Shown piece after piece: positions 26,433 through 40,412 of a stretch of DNA of 64,000 nt. The notes beneath the pieces are model-generated. The model made no database searches, had not been told where the DNA came from, and worked only from the letters and a program-made list of their open reading frames with translations. Position 1 is the stretch's first letter; every line of letters begins with the position of its first letter. The stretch lies in NCBI RefSeq assembly GCF_006345805.1, contig NC_042999.1:119536001-119600000 (forward strand), in the 5' to 3' direction. This stretch comes from Octopus sinensis (lineage: Eukaryota). The position numbers and the translations under genes are program-made.

Positions 26433-26759
26433 GAGAAAGAGAAAGAGAAATAAGAGAGGATATGGACAGGAGATCGGAGAGGTAAGGCGAAGGCGGGTAA
26501 TTTGATAGAAATGTGAGAGGAGAGTAGAAGTAGGTTAGAGATTGGGGGAGATGTGAATGTAGAGAGTGCTGAACAAGGTTGGAGGTGCAGTTGATGGGAA
26601 ATATCAGTATGGGGCAGGGGATAAAAGAGAGATAAAAGTGGCCCAGAAAAGAAGATAGATCAGAAAGAAGTAGGATGATGTACAGGGTGTAAGAGTGGTA
26701 GGAAGGGAGCTGTAGAGGTGTAGTGAGTGGAGCATGATGGCAAATGTGAGAGGGCACAT

Positions 26760-27302
26760 ATTCTTTTATTCTTTTACTTGGTTCAGTCATTTGACAGCAG
26801 CGATGCTGGAGCACCACCTCAGGACTTATCCTGTTGGTCTCTTTTGTTGAACTGCTAAGTTACAGGGACAAAAACACAACAACATTGATTGTCAAGTGAT
26901 GATGGGGGTACAAACACAGATACACATGTACATATATACATACACATATATGATAGGCATCTTTCAGTTTCCATCCACCAAATCCACTCGCAAAGCTTTA
27001 GTCGACCCGGGGCTATAGTAGAAGACAACTTGCCCATGGTGCCACCAGCACCAGCTGTCAAGCAGGGGGAGGGGAAGAAATGACACACACTCACACACAT
27101 ACATTGACACATGCATACACACATGCACACACACATCCACACATATACAATGGTCTTTCAGTTTCCATCTACTTAATCTACTCACAAGGCTTTGGTCAAC
27201 CAGAAGCTACAGCAGATAACACTTGCCCAAGTTGCCATGCAGTGGGACTGAACCTGGAACCATGTGGTTGGGAAGCAAGCTTCTTACTACACAGCTGCGC
27301 CT
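26760..27302 (-). mobile_element. Two stacked partial SINE family B copies
   Basis: ctttcagtttcc...caaggctttggtc...cttgccca block occurs at ~26960 and ~27155. Confidence 0.75.
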
Positions 27303-27803
27303 GTACATTGTGAGAAAAAGAATCTAAGGTTTCTAAACAATCTCCTTATCTGAGACAAAATAAATCTTTCAACCAACTTATTTTAGATTAGGTATTGTAG
27401 AAGCATTGATTCACAGAATTTTCTAATAACATTGAAAAGAAAATCTTAGAAAGACAGTGAAGGTCTGCATTGGTAAACATATTACAGTGAAGTTCTTAAC
27501 TTTTATATGCAACTAAACATGACAAGGCATTTAGGATGGCTTTGTACTATTTTTGTTTCTCTATAAGATAACCATAATGATGAAAGTTAGTCATGCTTTG
27601 TCATAGATATCACAATCACTTCAGAGAATAATGTTATCTATCAGGAATTTAGGAAATTAAACAAGCATAAGAACTTTGGGTTGCAAAAAGAAAAATGTGA
27701 AAACTCTGTGAGATGAAAGCATTTAACAACCCTGGCAACATTTGGTGCAACCTGTTTAATACCAAAGGAAATATTGAAATACATGCTTCTGCTGCTGCTG
27801 CTG

Positions 27804-27855
<52 letters not shown>

Positions 27856-28344
27856 TGCTGCTGCTGCTGCTGTTGTTGCTGCTATTATTCTTGATTGCAT
27901 TCTTGTTGGTCTTGTTATTGTTTAACTCCTCTTTCAAGACGATTTATGATCAAAAGAGTAACTGTTAAGACAAATCTTGTCTTTTTATATTGTATGCTTC
28001 AGGTATAGTGTATCTAAGATTACATTAACTAATGTGTTCTTCCTACATTTATTTCTTTTTAGATGATAGAAAGAGTATAATTTGGGGAAGATTAGGCTAC
28101 AATTTCTAACTAGTCAGGCCTTTGTATAGAGACTGTTTCACTGAATCATTTATGACAATAACATTGTTTATCGATGTTGTTGCTATTGTTGCTTCTTAGC
28201 ACCTGGTCAGCAGCGATCGAACAGATCTATGGAAGCTAATTTTGTTTTCCACTCAAACATAGATATAGTAACCGTATCTCTCTCTGCTCACATCCTAACA
28301 TCTTTAAAACAAAGGTCAATTAGAATAATTAAATAGTAGGTATA

Positions 28345-29633
28345 CAGGGTGTCCCAGAAAGATTTGCCCATGTTTAAAGTTCTTCCTAAAGAATATTGGT
28401 TCAGGTAATATTATTTACATTTTACATAAAGATTTGCATATATCTTTTGTTCATGTGTGCATTGTTTTGTTAGTCTGTAACAGGTTTCTAAACAAACATG
28501 ACATCAACAGCAAAATGTGACCAGATTGTCACTTCAAAAATAGATGGTGTGAGCAATGAGGACATAACAAAACAGTTGAATGTGTGCTTTAAAACAGTGT
28601 TCAATTCCTGGGAATGATATATGAAGTCCACTGGTACCTCTTGCAAGTCAATTCCTTGTAGGAAATGATCAATTTTTACCAAACAACCTGTTGAAGTTTT
28701 GAAGAAGCAAATGAACCGAAATCCCTGCAGGAGTATAAGAAAATCTGCTAAAGCTCTTGATATTTCAAAATTGTCAGTGCACAAGATTTTTAAAGAGGAT
28801 TTAAAGCTAACTGCATTCAAGAAACAATTATGGCTGTTAATTTCTGCAGCTTCTAAGAAGAAATAGCTCAACAGGAGTAAAACCATGTTAGATGTTATGA
28901 AGTGCACTGCTAACAAAGTGTTAATCAGGTCTACCAAGAAGATCTTCACTGTGGAAGCAGTTACCAACAGGCAAAATGACTGGCTCTATGGACATAAGCC
29001 AGGAGACTTGCCTGAAAGTAGCAGAAATCCTTTATGTCATCAGAAGCCTGTTTCACACATGGTGTGGGCTGCAGTTGCATTTGAAGGGTCCAATTCTCCT
29101 TTGGTCTTCATCAATGCTGGTGTCAAGGTCAACAGGGAAATTTATATGAAAATGCTGGATGAGAAAGTGTCACCCTGGGTAACAGAAACCTTTGGTGACC
29201 ATTACATCTTTACTGAAGATGGAGCTTTGGCCCACACATCCAATTTAACCCAGAGGTGGTGCAAAGAGCATTTAATTGGTTTTTGGGACAAGATGATATG
29301 GTCTCCCTCAAGTCCAGACATCAATCCCATGGACTTTGCTATTCTGGTCCATCTTAGAGAGTAATATTTCTACCCACTCCTATTTAAACGTATCAGATGT
29401 GAAGAAAGCCCTTCTGCCTTCATAGGCAAAGTTGGATGAAGAAGTGGTACAGTGCTCAGGCAACTCAATGACCACTCACTTGAAAAGGTGAAAAATAGTC
29501 ATTTTGAAATGTAATTACTGCAATGAATTGAAAATTTACATTAGAACATGTGTGCCAAATTTCATTATCCTACCATAAGTTTATTTTGAATAATTAAGAA
29601 GTATCAATTGGTAAATCTTTCCGGGACACCCTG
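28345..29633 (+). mobile_element. Full-length (1289 bp) DD37D Tc1/mariner transposon, pseudogenised transposase
   Basis: TIRs cagggtgtcccagaaagatttgccca / ttggtaaatctttccgggacaccctg with TA at both ends; HTH-like RNPCRSIRKSAKALDISKLSVHKIFKEDL; EDG-x37-D (WSPSSPDINPMD); first D lost; several stops. Confidence 0.92.
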
Positions 29634-32130
29634 TACTTTGCTTGAATAGAACAAAAAAAAAAGGTGAGATGGTCACAGCTGGAATGCTTTTGGTCATTGG
29701 TCTGTTCACTCAGGGTTCATTTAGGATAAACAACAACACAAACCAATGAAGAATCTTACCCTTGGTCTTTTGATTTGTTAAAACCTCCCTCAAACTCATC
29801 TCGGTAATAACTGATAGTTAACTTGAATAATAACCGAAAATAATGACAAAAATAATCATATTTATTAATTACTAATTATTACAGAAGCAAGGATACAATT
29901 GAAACAAGAGGTTAAATAAGATTGTAATGTGGTTATGTCCATCTAAGTAGCATTAGCAAAATATGTAAAAAGAACTGACTTCAGAAAAGAAAAGTCATAA
30001 AATTAATTACTTGACATAGTTTGATATTTTATCTTCCACTACAAAATAGGCTGCAATTATATGAAAAATGATTTACTGACTGCATTCTCTCTATGGTAAT
30101 TGTGGTAGTGGTCATATTGAAAATGGGAGATACATAACTGGTGCTGTTATTATGACTAATGATAATCAAGTTAACTGAAACAAAATATAGGTAGAAATGA
30201 AACACACCAATCAGTTTCAATGTGCTGCCACTAATTACAATTGTATGTAAGGCTATTTTATTCTTACAGAACATATTCTCATCACGATAGACTGAGATAT
30301 CAGTATTAAAATATTTCAATCATGACTCAAGTGCAAATACAAGGCAGAAATATATGAACCACTTACTCAGTGGGACACACACACCATACACCCACACATA
30401 CAGAATGATAATGATGATGATGATGGTGATGATGATGATGATGATGATGACAATGGTGTTGATAATGTCACTGACGCTGAAAGGACAACAATGACGACAA
30501 AGAATGAGAGAAGGACCAGTAATCATGATCTCTGTAGGTTTCCCTCTCAGACTGGTGATATTCATGCTGCAGCTAGCGCTCAGCTTATATCTAAAGGTGA
30601 ATATCTATGTGTTAAAAACACACACACACAAAACAGCATTTGAATAAAGGATGAACATGAGCTTTGGTTCGTATACTTGCAATGAAGTGAAGTCTGCTAA
30701 AAGTATTCAAGGACAATGAGATGATGCTGAAACAGAAACAAAAAACAAATTGAAGAAAAGAAAGAAAGAAAAAATAAAGTTTCTTCCCTATTAAATACAT
30801 TTAGTTTTGTTCTTTGTTACTTCCTGCCAAACAACATCATTTGATCAATGCTCTAACCATAGACACATCATGTTTTTGTTCTAAATACTGACATATCCTG
30901 TCTTTAGTCTAACCCCACATCTATCAAGGTTACAGAAGATATGTACTTGAAGTCCTACAGGGAACTAGTTGATTTTCTTTTCCAGTCTCAAAGGGTTTTT
31001 AGTCCAATGCATTATGAGGTATTATTTTAAGCAGTATCCACTTTGAGATTGTTGTTGGTATCCTTTTGAGTTCAAGAAAGACAATTCCACAATTTCATAC
31101 TGAACAATCTGCACAGATGACTTGTTTATAAGGATCAAATGTCTGTGGTGTGTTTGAGTTCACTTTCTCCATCCAATCACCATTGCCTATGCAGGTGCAT
31201 AATATGCCACATGTCAGATGTCGAAATGATCAGAGAGCAACATGAAATGAAGTATGTTGCTCAAGAACACGATGCATCACCTGGTCATGGAATTGAAATC
31301 ATTATCTTGCAATTATGAGTGCAACACCATAACCACTTGGCCACACCACAACCTCACTTCAAGATAAAGACTTATTATTAAAGATGTTCTAATCATGATC
31401 AGCTTATCTTTTTTATTCACCACCAGTAAGGTGACTGCATTTACCAATGTGTCCATCGAATATTTTGAAGATATTAGGGTTTGATTGAAGGGAGATTTGT
31501 CAGCTATTTTGAATGGAATGAAAAACTACATAGTATGTTATTTATTTCTTGGCTCAGATGATAATGATGGTAATATTAACAATAGCAATGAGAACATTAG
31601 GAATAAAATGGAAAAAAGAAATGATTCCAATAGTAGAAGTAGCAGAAATTTTCTCAATACTCCACAGGAAAGAAATGCCAGGGAAGCAACAAAATCTATT
31701 TAAAATGTATAAATATATAACAATGAAAAATATCAAATGTACTAGCAACAGATACAAAAAAAAATGACTTCTATGTAAAAATATAAAGATTAAAACGCTA
31801 AAATACTTAAACTTCAAACTAAGAAAAGAAAAATGAAACACAGTGATAATACTAAGTATAGCATCATTAACATTACACAGATAGGCTAACAAAAACTCAC
31901 CATCAGTTCCAGCAGCAGAAGCAACAAAATCGGTAATGACAAATAAAAATAGAACAAAAAAGAAAATTTTCTTAAACTATGAGAAGATAGGTGTGAATAT
32001 AGAGAAACTAGTGAGATATTAGCAATAATTGATAAAAAGTAAACTTGTAAATACAATAAAATGACTAAGTAGAGAAAAATACGGTATTATAAGCTAGAAT
32101 ATTTATATATCCACAAATGCATATACATAC

Positions 32131-32172
<42 letters not shown>

Positions 32173-32340
32173 GCATATACATATATATATGCATATATAC
32201 ATATATATGCACATATAGATACATGTATACATATATAGATATATATATATAAACACACATATGCATATATATATATATATATATATATATCGAGAGAGAG
32301 GCGTACGTACACCTTTGTGCTCACCTTATTTTCTCACACC

Positions 32341-32388
32341 GTCTCTGTTGAAGGGGTGCAATAAATATCCTGGAAACAGCTGTAAGAC
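32341..32388 (+). ncRNA. Degenerate minimal type I hammerhead-like motif (Penelope type)
   Basis: GUCU-CUGUUGA-A-GGGGUG(caauaaa)UAUCCU-G-GAAA-CAGCU-GUA-AGAC; stem I GUCU/AGAC, palindrome ACAGCUGU; core A6 changed to U. Confidence 0.4.
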
Positions 32389-32551
32389 CTTCTATTTATA
32401 AATGTTCTAAAATCTTCACAGCCTTAGTTTTTTTTAATCTCTTTCTGAAAAAAACATTTATATATATATATATATATATAACAACACACACACACATACA
32501 TTAATACATAAGTTTGTTCACATACGGGTGCATCTTGTCATATAAGTCCTC

Positions 32552-32787
32552 GCTGTTCATTTGGATTTTCTCATTTATATCTTAAAGAAATGAAATGATA
32601 TTTGTGTTTAGCCATTTGCTTTATTCTTAAATCCTGATGTTAAAATATTTGAAAATCACGTTTGTCTATCATAAAAGAGGTGGTTACATATACTAATAAC
32701 TCTACACACTCTTACAAAGGGAACCAAGAAAGTAAAGAATCCTTGATAATGAATTTTGGAAATTTGTGAACATACCAAATGAACAGC
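32552..32787. mobile_element. Possible MITE with 13-bp perfect inverted ends
   Basis: gctgttcatttgg at 32552 and ccaaatgaacagc at 32775-87. Confidence 0.4.
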
Positions 32788-32924
32788 AAAAAAGTCATGC
32801 AAAAATATGAAAAATGCTGATGAAATAGTTAAAACTAGGACATAGACGTGTTCAAAAACACACAACATATTCATGTGTGTGTATGTGTGTGTGTGTGTGT
32901 GTGTGTGTTTTGTATATATGTGTG

Positions 32925-33520
32925 TATATTTTTTTGAGTCAAAAGTTTTGCAATGTTTTGGTAACTTATTTGCTTTACTCATCAAGTTACAACAAAAGCA
33001 GCCTAACATTCAAAGTAGAGGCCATCATGTTATGCTGTCTGAAGCCATTTTTCTGCCAGTTCTCTGATCCCACACTCATACCAGTTCTCATCCTTTGAGG
33101 TGAATAACTCCAACACTGAAACTTCCACCTCCTCTTGCTTAGTGAAAGGAAGTGAGCCATGGACTGAAACAAGTAATAATCTGAAGAAGTTAGGTCCAGA
33201 CCATAATCTGGGTGTGGCATCAGTTTGATTTCCCCAAGGTTCTGGAGTTTATTCTAGGTCGTTCGAGTGGTATAATATCTTGTGTTGTCTTGCTGCAGAA
33301 GAGTTCATTTTCTGTTAACAAAAGCAGGGTATCTTTGTGGCACAATGACATACATCTGCTTCAGTTGTTCAGAATACAAGTTGGTATTGATAGTTCAACT
33401 GGCCAGAATGAATATATTGTGAATTATCTCCTTATAATTCCACCAGACACAGAGCATTACCTTGTATTCAACATGCCCATGTTTGACAAGTTCTAGTAGC
33501 TGGTCCTTGCTGAAATACTG
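32925..33520 (-). mobile_element. Mariner transposase 3' remnant (DD34/35D)
   Basis: KVMLCVWW...TINTNLYSEQL...LLQQDN...PHPDYGLDLTSSDYYLFQSMAHF (YSPDLAPSD-type motif). Confidence 0.85.
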
Positions 33521-34028
33521 CTTATGCACATTAAGATAGCAGAAAAATATCTCCCCCAGGTTATTATTTGTTCTAAGGATGAGTTTTGTTTGAGCTATGT
33601 AATCCTTGTTACATACTTTTCATATAATAGCATATATTAGGTTTTTTGATACAGAGGTAAAATGTTTTTTTATGGTAAAAATTCATTCTGATTTCAAAGA
33701 AACTTTGGCACAAAAAAATTTTGTCGCATGACATTAATGCATGGATGTAGTGAGGGAACTTACACAAATTTCTAAGCCTAATCATTTGATCATCTCTGCC
33801 AGTCAAATTGCATGAGCCATGGTCTCTCCATAACAACAAGAGAATTTTTTAGCTCCATTCAGAAGTAAGACTCAGCCACAAGTCTTTCTATATCACTTAA
33901 GTTTTGAAACTCAAGAAAATCTGTGTAACTGGTTATACTTTAAAAAATAAACCATCTAAAAGACTTCCACAGCATTTTCCACTTCTTTTTACAATACACT
34001 CACACACACACACACACATTCATATATA

Positions 34029-34240
34029 CAGGGCTGGCCAGAAGTCAGCTGACAGTAAATCAAAACCATTTAATTCCAAGATTTATTTATGTTTAACAAC
34101 TGAATGAATTTAATAAAAGCATCTAAATATGAAACATCATAAAAATTGTTCAACACATTCTTCCATTTGAATCAATACAGAATTACAGGTAGTACTTAAG
34201 GAATTTTAATTTACTGTTGGGTGACCTTTGTCCAACCCTG
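34029..34240. mobile_element. Tc1/mariner-type MITE
   Basis: TA|cagggctggccagaagtcagctgacagtaaat ... atttactgttgggtgacctttgtccaaccctg|TA. Confidence 0.8.
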
Positions 34241-34344
34241 TATGTATATATGTGTATATGTACACACATATGAATATGTATACACACACACACACTCATA
34301 TATATTTATATATATAGGGAAAGAAAGAGGGAGAGAGAAAGAGA

Positions 34345-34527
34345 GAGTTGCCTGAAGCAGCACTGAATGAAACACATTACATGCAAGTATATAAGAATGG
34401 TAAATAATGTCTTCACTGATACATGTAAACTTCAGTCAAGCTGGAATTTCCTAACTGTAGTGTACACAAACATGTTGAATAAGATTGTATACACTTGCAT
34501 TTCATTCAGCACTGCTTCATGTGACTC
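34345..34527. mobile_element. MITE-like inverted-repeat element
   Basis: gagttgcctgaagcagcactgaatgaaa...atgcaagtatata versus tatacacttgcat ttcattcagcactgcttcatgtgactc. Confidence 0.65.
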
Positions 34528-35142
34528 TAGTTAAGTAATTCCAACTTGTTCAAATTTCACACACATCAGCAAATGTATCATTTGTTGTTCTCATGTATAA
34601 GAACTATCATTCATGTAGGGTTGTGAAAGAAGAATTTGGGACTCGCAGTTGACAATGCATGAAAACGCAGAAATCTATTTCTCCTACAAGCCAGTCCCAG
34701 GATTCAATACCCAAATGTGTTTTCACATATATAGACCATGTGAAGTTTCTCCTGAGATTATTTCTGCAGTGAAAGGATTTCCTATTTCCAAGTAAGCACG
34801 AGAGTGTTACATATGTGTGTATGTATATACACACGCACAGTCACACACCACACACACACACATTGATATATTTTCATATGTACATATGCATATAGCCTTG
34901 CTTGATATGTAAGAGAGGAGTGGGTAGAAGCTAACTCTTTGAAAGTGATGTTTCAATATAGGTGCAATCCAATGACCGAAATGACTAAAAGAATAGAAGA
35001 ATGTATGTACATACATGAATACACATGGGCATAATTATATATGCACATCTAAACATCCTTATACATATACAGAAATAAGTATAAATAAATAGATATAGAA
35101 AAATAGACAGACAGATAGACAGATAAACAGATAGAAAGATAT

Positions 35143-35232
<90 letters not shown>

Positions 35233-35338
35233 CGATAGAGAGATATAGATAAAGTAAAATCATTATTAATCCAAATGAGTAATGGTACTGAAGGAATGAA
35301 GTTGAAAATGCAAAGGAAATGAGATTTTATTTAGATTT

Positions 35339-35386
<48 letters not shown>

Positions 35387-35391
35387 AAGTT

Positions 35392-35535
35392 AGATAAGGC
35401 TGGTTTATGGGATTACCTTAGGTTTCATGTCCATAAAGGGCTTATCTTTATGGTGTATCATCAAATCCCAAAACCTGGTGGCTAAAGGCCTATGGACATG
35501 AAAACTAAGGTAATCTTATAAACCAACCTTATCTA
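35392..35535. mobile_element. Small fold-back element with ~50-bp arms, next to (TA)n
   Basis: agataaggctggtttatgggattaccttaggtttcatgtccata versus tatggacatgaaaactaaggtaatcttataaaccaaccttatct. Confidence 0.75.
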
Positions 35536-35600
35536 TCTTTAACATATATTGCTCTATAACTTAGAGTGTGCTTCTTTTTTGGGATTTATGTTTATGGATG

Positions 35601-35648
<48 letters not shown>

Positions 35649-35949
35649 CTTATGTATGAATGTATGTGTGTGTGTATCAATACACACATTTATACCAGAA
35701 ATACATGAAATACATATGCATCTGCATATCATTAACGAGTGTATAAACCATCAATGGTCACTACCCATTCAAACTATAGGTTTAAAATGTCACATTGAAC
35801 TGCCCAAAACTCTAAGACAAGATAAGTTCTGAATTTCTAATTAATAAAGTATTTTTAGAAAATAGTATTTCAGATTTCACAAATGGACACAATTGGTATG
35901 GCTTCATATTTCTTGTATGGTTTGGCTCTTAATAAGATCCTCTCTTGCG

Positions 35950-37700
35950 ATATTGAATTCTTTGTTAAAGTTCTTTAGCTACCAAATAAATACTGACAAT
36001 GGTGAAGTTGACTTTCTGTTACAGTGTCTAAAGAAAGAATTGTGTTGGTAATAACCCTTTTTCTTAAATGTTTCTCATTCAGTCATATACATGGCAAAGA
36101 ATAGCTTAGCGTTCACAGCAAATCAATTATTTCTCCAAGTATAGATCATTGAGAGGACACAGTTGTAAGTACAATAACATTTATATAGAGTCCTTGTAAA
36201 CTTTGTGGGCTATTTCTTAATTTGGATCTATTCAAAATCGTTCATGGTATAATACAAAATTTTGATAGTACCTTTGTTGGGCATTTTGTGGTATTTCTGA
36301 TGTTTGCAAAATGTTTTAATGAAAATCTTAAAAAATACTTTTACTGCTGGTGAAGAAACATTTGCACTAGAGTGTGATTTATACCAATTAATTGATCTGT
36401 CTCAGTTTCTGAGTTAGTTTGAAGAAATTGGTGTGTTATGTATGAATTTAATTTTCTCTCTCAAAGCACATTTTAAGAATGTTTCATTATCATGACAAGC
36501 TGTTTCTTTGACAATGGATATTGAATAACTTGGATTATATATATATATATATATATATATGTATCTCAGCCAAGTTTTTTAACTGATGTTTTCTATTTTA
36601 AAAAGAAAAAAATTCAAGAATAATGAAAATATTATTTGAGAAATCATCAGGTGTTTCAAATGATTCAAGCAAGAATGGTTGGATTGTTTGTTTATGAAAA
36701 AAATCTTCTCTTTAGATTTTTTTGTATGGGTTAAATGTATTATATAAAGTTAGTGTCATTCCAGAAAGTCCATTTGTTGAATGTGTGTTCAATGTTCTAC
36801 TGAGTCTACTGTGATATTGAAGTTTAATTACTTGCAGGAATAGTAGACACCTTTTTGAAATACCCCCATGACTGGCAGTTCACTTTTTTAATAAGATAGT
36901 AATTCATCATTATATTACAATACTTATTTTTTTAAAGGGAAAATTCTTCATTTTATGCAAAATGTACTGGCCATCTATGTCACTAACTTCAGCTAAGTCC
37001 TTCAATCATGTGCTAACTTTGAATGGCTCCTTGCTGTGTCTTTTTGTTCAGATGGTATTGTTATATAATAGAAGCGATTTATTGGTTAAGTGTACTGATT
37101 CGGTTTGGATAGAATCAAAGAATCTAAAATTATCTGTTGGTTAATGGAAGTATAATAATCACTGATGATAAAACGAAAGAAAATATACCTGCCTTATTTT
37201 CATTTATAAGCTTCAATCTAACTGTAACAGCTTTAGTGCTATTTCATAGTGATAATCTTGACTTATCTTTAATATTAGAAGGTATAGAATGCAATGCATT
37301 TATCTATACCAGATCCTGAAAAGTTAATCAGTCTAATAGAGGGCAGTGAGTTGCCTTAATATTACTGTTAATAGTAAGGTGTTCTTGCAAATCTGTTTTT
37401 GTATTAATTAATCTATACTTGGGATTAGAAGCAATGTTCTCCTGAAGGTCTAGAAGCAATGAAAAGCATACTTGCAATTAATCTGTCTATCATGGAAATC
37501 TATTAAAAGGAAATTTTCCTCTTGATATTGAAATCAGTAGCAAGTTCTTTAACATTTCAAATGTAATTGGATAATTTCATTGTTTTACTCTTTTCTGTAT
37601 GCCTTGAAGGAGTATGACTGAAGTAATGTTGTTTTAATTATTTTTATGCAATGCCATATAATGCTTATACACTATTTTAAGGTTTAGTTTCATGCAGATG
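35950..37700 (-). mobile_element. Very decayed L1/Tx1-type LINE ORF2 remnant
   Basis: Ordered degenerate motifs on the minus strand: FNIKRK (cf. FNIERGIRQG), FSG...DKC, W.KRH, HGG, then a C-terminal FAVNAKLF; many stops and frameshifts. Confidence 0.4.
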
Positions 37701-37921
37701 ACACCTGCTTCATATACGATTGCCTCAGTACTACATGATTTGATTTTTTCAGCATATGCAGTTAAACACAATTAATTTAATCAGTTTACGTGCTATAAGA
37801 TTTTTCATGCTAGGAGCACAGCTGTAACTTAGTTTAAAACTGTTTCTTTTAAAAAGTTTTACATATCATCAGTTCATTGGAAAATGCTTATTTAAGGGAA
37901 ATATTTTATTAAATATTTAAT

Positions 37922-38135
37922 AATGGTTTCAAATTTTGGCACTGGGTCAGCAGGTTTTGAGGGAAGGAGTAAGTTGCTTACATCAACACCAGTACTTGAT
38001 GGGTAATTATTTTATTGACTCCGAAAGGATGAAAAACCAAGTCAACTTTGGCGGAATTTGAGCTCAGATTATGAAGACAGATGAAATGCTGCTGAGCATT
38101 TTTCCCAGCATGCTAATGATTCTGCTAGCATGCTA
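37922..38135 (-). mobile_element. SINE family C
   Basis: Reverse-oriented copy; pairs with 38295-38500. Confidence 0.75.
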
Positions 38136-38294
38136 CCCTTTTGGCTTAATGTTTAATAATAAAGGGTAGTATGAACCAAACAATTTAACAGAGACTCTTC
38201 TTAGTCTTAATGGGTGGGTGGGGATGTTAGAGATCAGGTGATTGTAATTTTAACTATAGCAGCTTCTAATAGCATCATAATTACAATGGGTAAT

Positions 38295-38500
38295 TATGGT
38301 GGCAAGCTGGCAGAACTATTAGCATACTGAGTGAGATGCTTAGCATAATTTTGTCCATCTTTATGTTCAGAGTTCAACTTTCACTGAGGTTGACTTTGCC
38401 TTTCATCATTTCAGAGTACCAGTGAAACACTGGGGTCAATGTAATTGGCTAACCTCTTCCCTGAACTTGCTGGCCTTGTGCCAAAATATGAAACCATTAT
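38295..38500 (+). mobile_element. SINE family C
   Basis: ggcaagctggcagaa...gagttcaac...gactttgcctttcatc...ggccttgtgccaaaatatgaaacc. Confidence 0.75.
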
Positions 38501-38730
38501 AATGTACATTTAATTCAAGAATTATTTGTCTGATAAAAATTTTTCTATAAATATCATTAATCAGGTTTCTGAAAACTAAAACTACAGGTGGCATTTCAGG
38601 AGTCTATATGAATATATCTGAGTTATTGATTTGATTTGCCACCAAGTTTGTCTGAAATGAAGTTGATAATAATGTTAATGGTTAAAATTATTTCAAACGG
38701 AAATTTTTAAAGTTATTTAAACAATTGTTA

Positions 38731-38788
<58 letters not shown>

Positions 38789-38921
38789 AATCAATTTCTT
38801 ATGGTCACTGTCTCTAAGTAGTCAAGGGAAATATTTCAGTTGTAATATGTATATTTAATGAATTATGCTACTTACAACATTTAAAGACCAGCATGCAGTA
38901 CCAGACACTTTTACATTCATA

Positions 38922-40118
38922 CAAGCTATTTGGGTTAAATGTGATGATTTTTATGTCTCCTTTCTTCATATGTATTGGAGAGCATAAAGATTAAACTGGT
39001 AGTTGAGACAAAGTTAGCTGACATGAAGGACTGGAAGCCATATTATGATCGTTCATACTGGGTGTCAGAATGTTGACAATATGATTACTGCTCAAGGCTC
39101 TGTGGATACTTTAAAGAATGTAAGACATGATATGGACAGCTGCAATGGAGACTACAAGCCTATGGCCAGCAGGAAGGACCCCAGCAGGAAGGGCCCCAGC
39201 AGGCATTCTGACTGTGTTCGCATACTGGAATTCCTTTGCTAACTTGAAGGCAAGGTGATGGAAGATCTGAGCAAGGGAATTCAGGCTTTGGTTAGAGAGA
39301 TGAGAACTGGAGTCACCACCATGAAGCTGGATCTAAATGAGGACCTTTGATACCACTCATACAAGAAGCATATGGAACAAATTCTGACAGCCAAAGCCAA
39401 AGGAAACCACTTGATAATGGCAAAGAAGCTCCTGAATAAGCTGAGATATTTTGTTGAGCCAGGAATGATCTGGTTCTTTTCAGATGGAAAGAACGTCTGC
39501 CTGGACCTGTTGTATAACACTCAGAACAGTTGGTGACTTGCCTACAATTCATGTGATGTCCCATGTTCATGAAACCAAGTTACCCCAAACTGTGATGGTC
39601 TTTGGGTGTCTCTACAGTGAGAGTGACATCCCACTGCCCCACCTTTTTTTAACAGGGCCTGAAGTTACTGGAGATTGTGGTCAACTGTTGGCTGGAGAGG
39701 ATTACTGCCAGAATGTCATATGCATGACTGCTGGATACAGCACCTTGCCATACCTTTGGAAAGAATCTGAAGTATTTGTCACCAACCCCAACTTATGGCC
39801 TCCAAATTCCCCTAATTGGAATCCTATAGATTACTTATGTGTGTGGCACAGTTGAAAAATACTCAAACTGATTTTCTTGCAACACAAAGGCCAAGCTGGT
39901 GGCCAATCAAGATCAAGATCTTAACACTGACATGCAGAGCTGGATGTCTCTTCAGGTCATAGTGGCAGCTGAGGACAGCTACATTGAATAAACTATTATC
40001 TCTGAGTTATAATCTAGTTGAAACTTTTTGATGTTTTAAAATATTTTTTTATTTTGGATGGGATATTGTGTTATATTTTCCTTTTAAGCAAACTGTCAAA
40101 TTTAATGTGAACACCTTG
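38922..40118 (+). mobile_element. Near full-length decayed DD37D transposon
   Basis: AKKLLNKL...WFFSDGKN...ETKLPQTVMVFG...LWPPNSPNWNPIDY; ends caagctatttgggttaaatgtga / tcaaatttaatgtgaacaccttg|TA. Confidence 0.85.
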
Positions 40119-40380
40119 TATATTTTCTTTTAGAAAACAGTTTATTAACCAGTGACTGATTAGTTTTTTGATAAGGCTTGAAGTTTGAAGTGACAATGTA
40201 TTGTTTTTAATGGATTATTCATATAATATTATTTTCACTTTTCTCCCGTAATGCATACTCCATTTTAATTTGTATATAAAACTATTATATAACTTTTATG
40301 TATGTGCATGTGTGTGTGCATATGTATGTGCTTGTGTGTGTGAGTGTATGTATATATATTTGTGCATGTGTGTGTGTATG

Positions 40381-40412
<32 letters not shown>

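Noticed and set aside
30029-30319. 96-aa minus ORF with a good acceptor at ~30177
   Set aside because: No homology is recognisable and donors are weak; within chance expectation.
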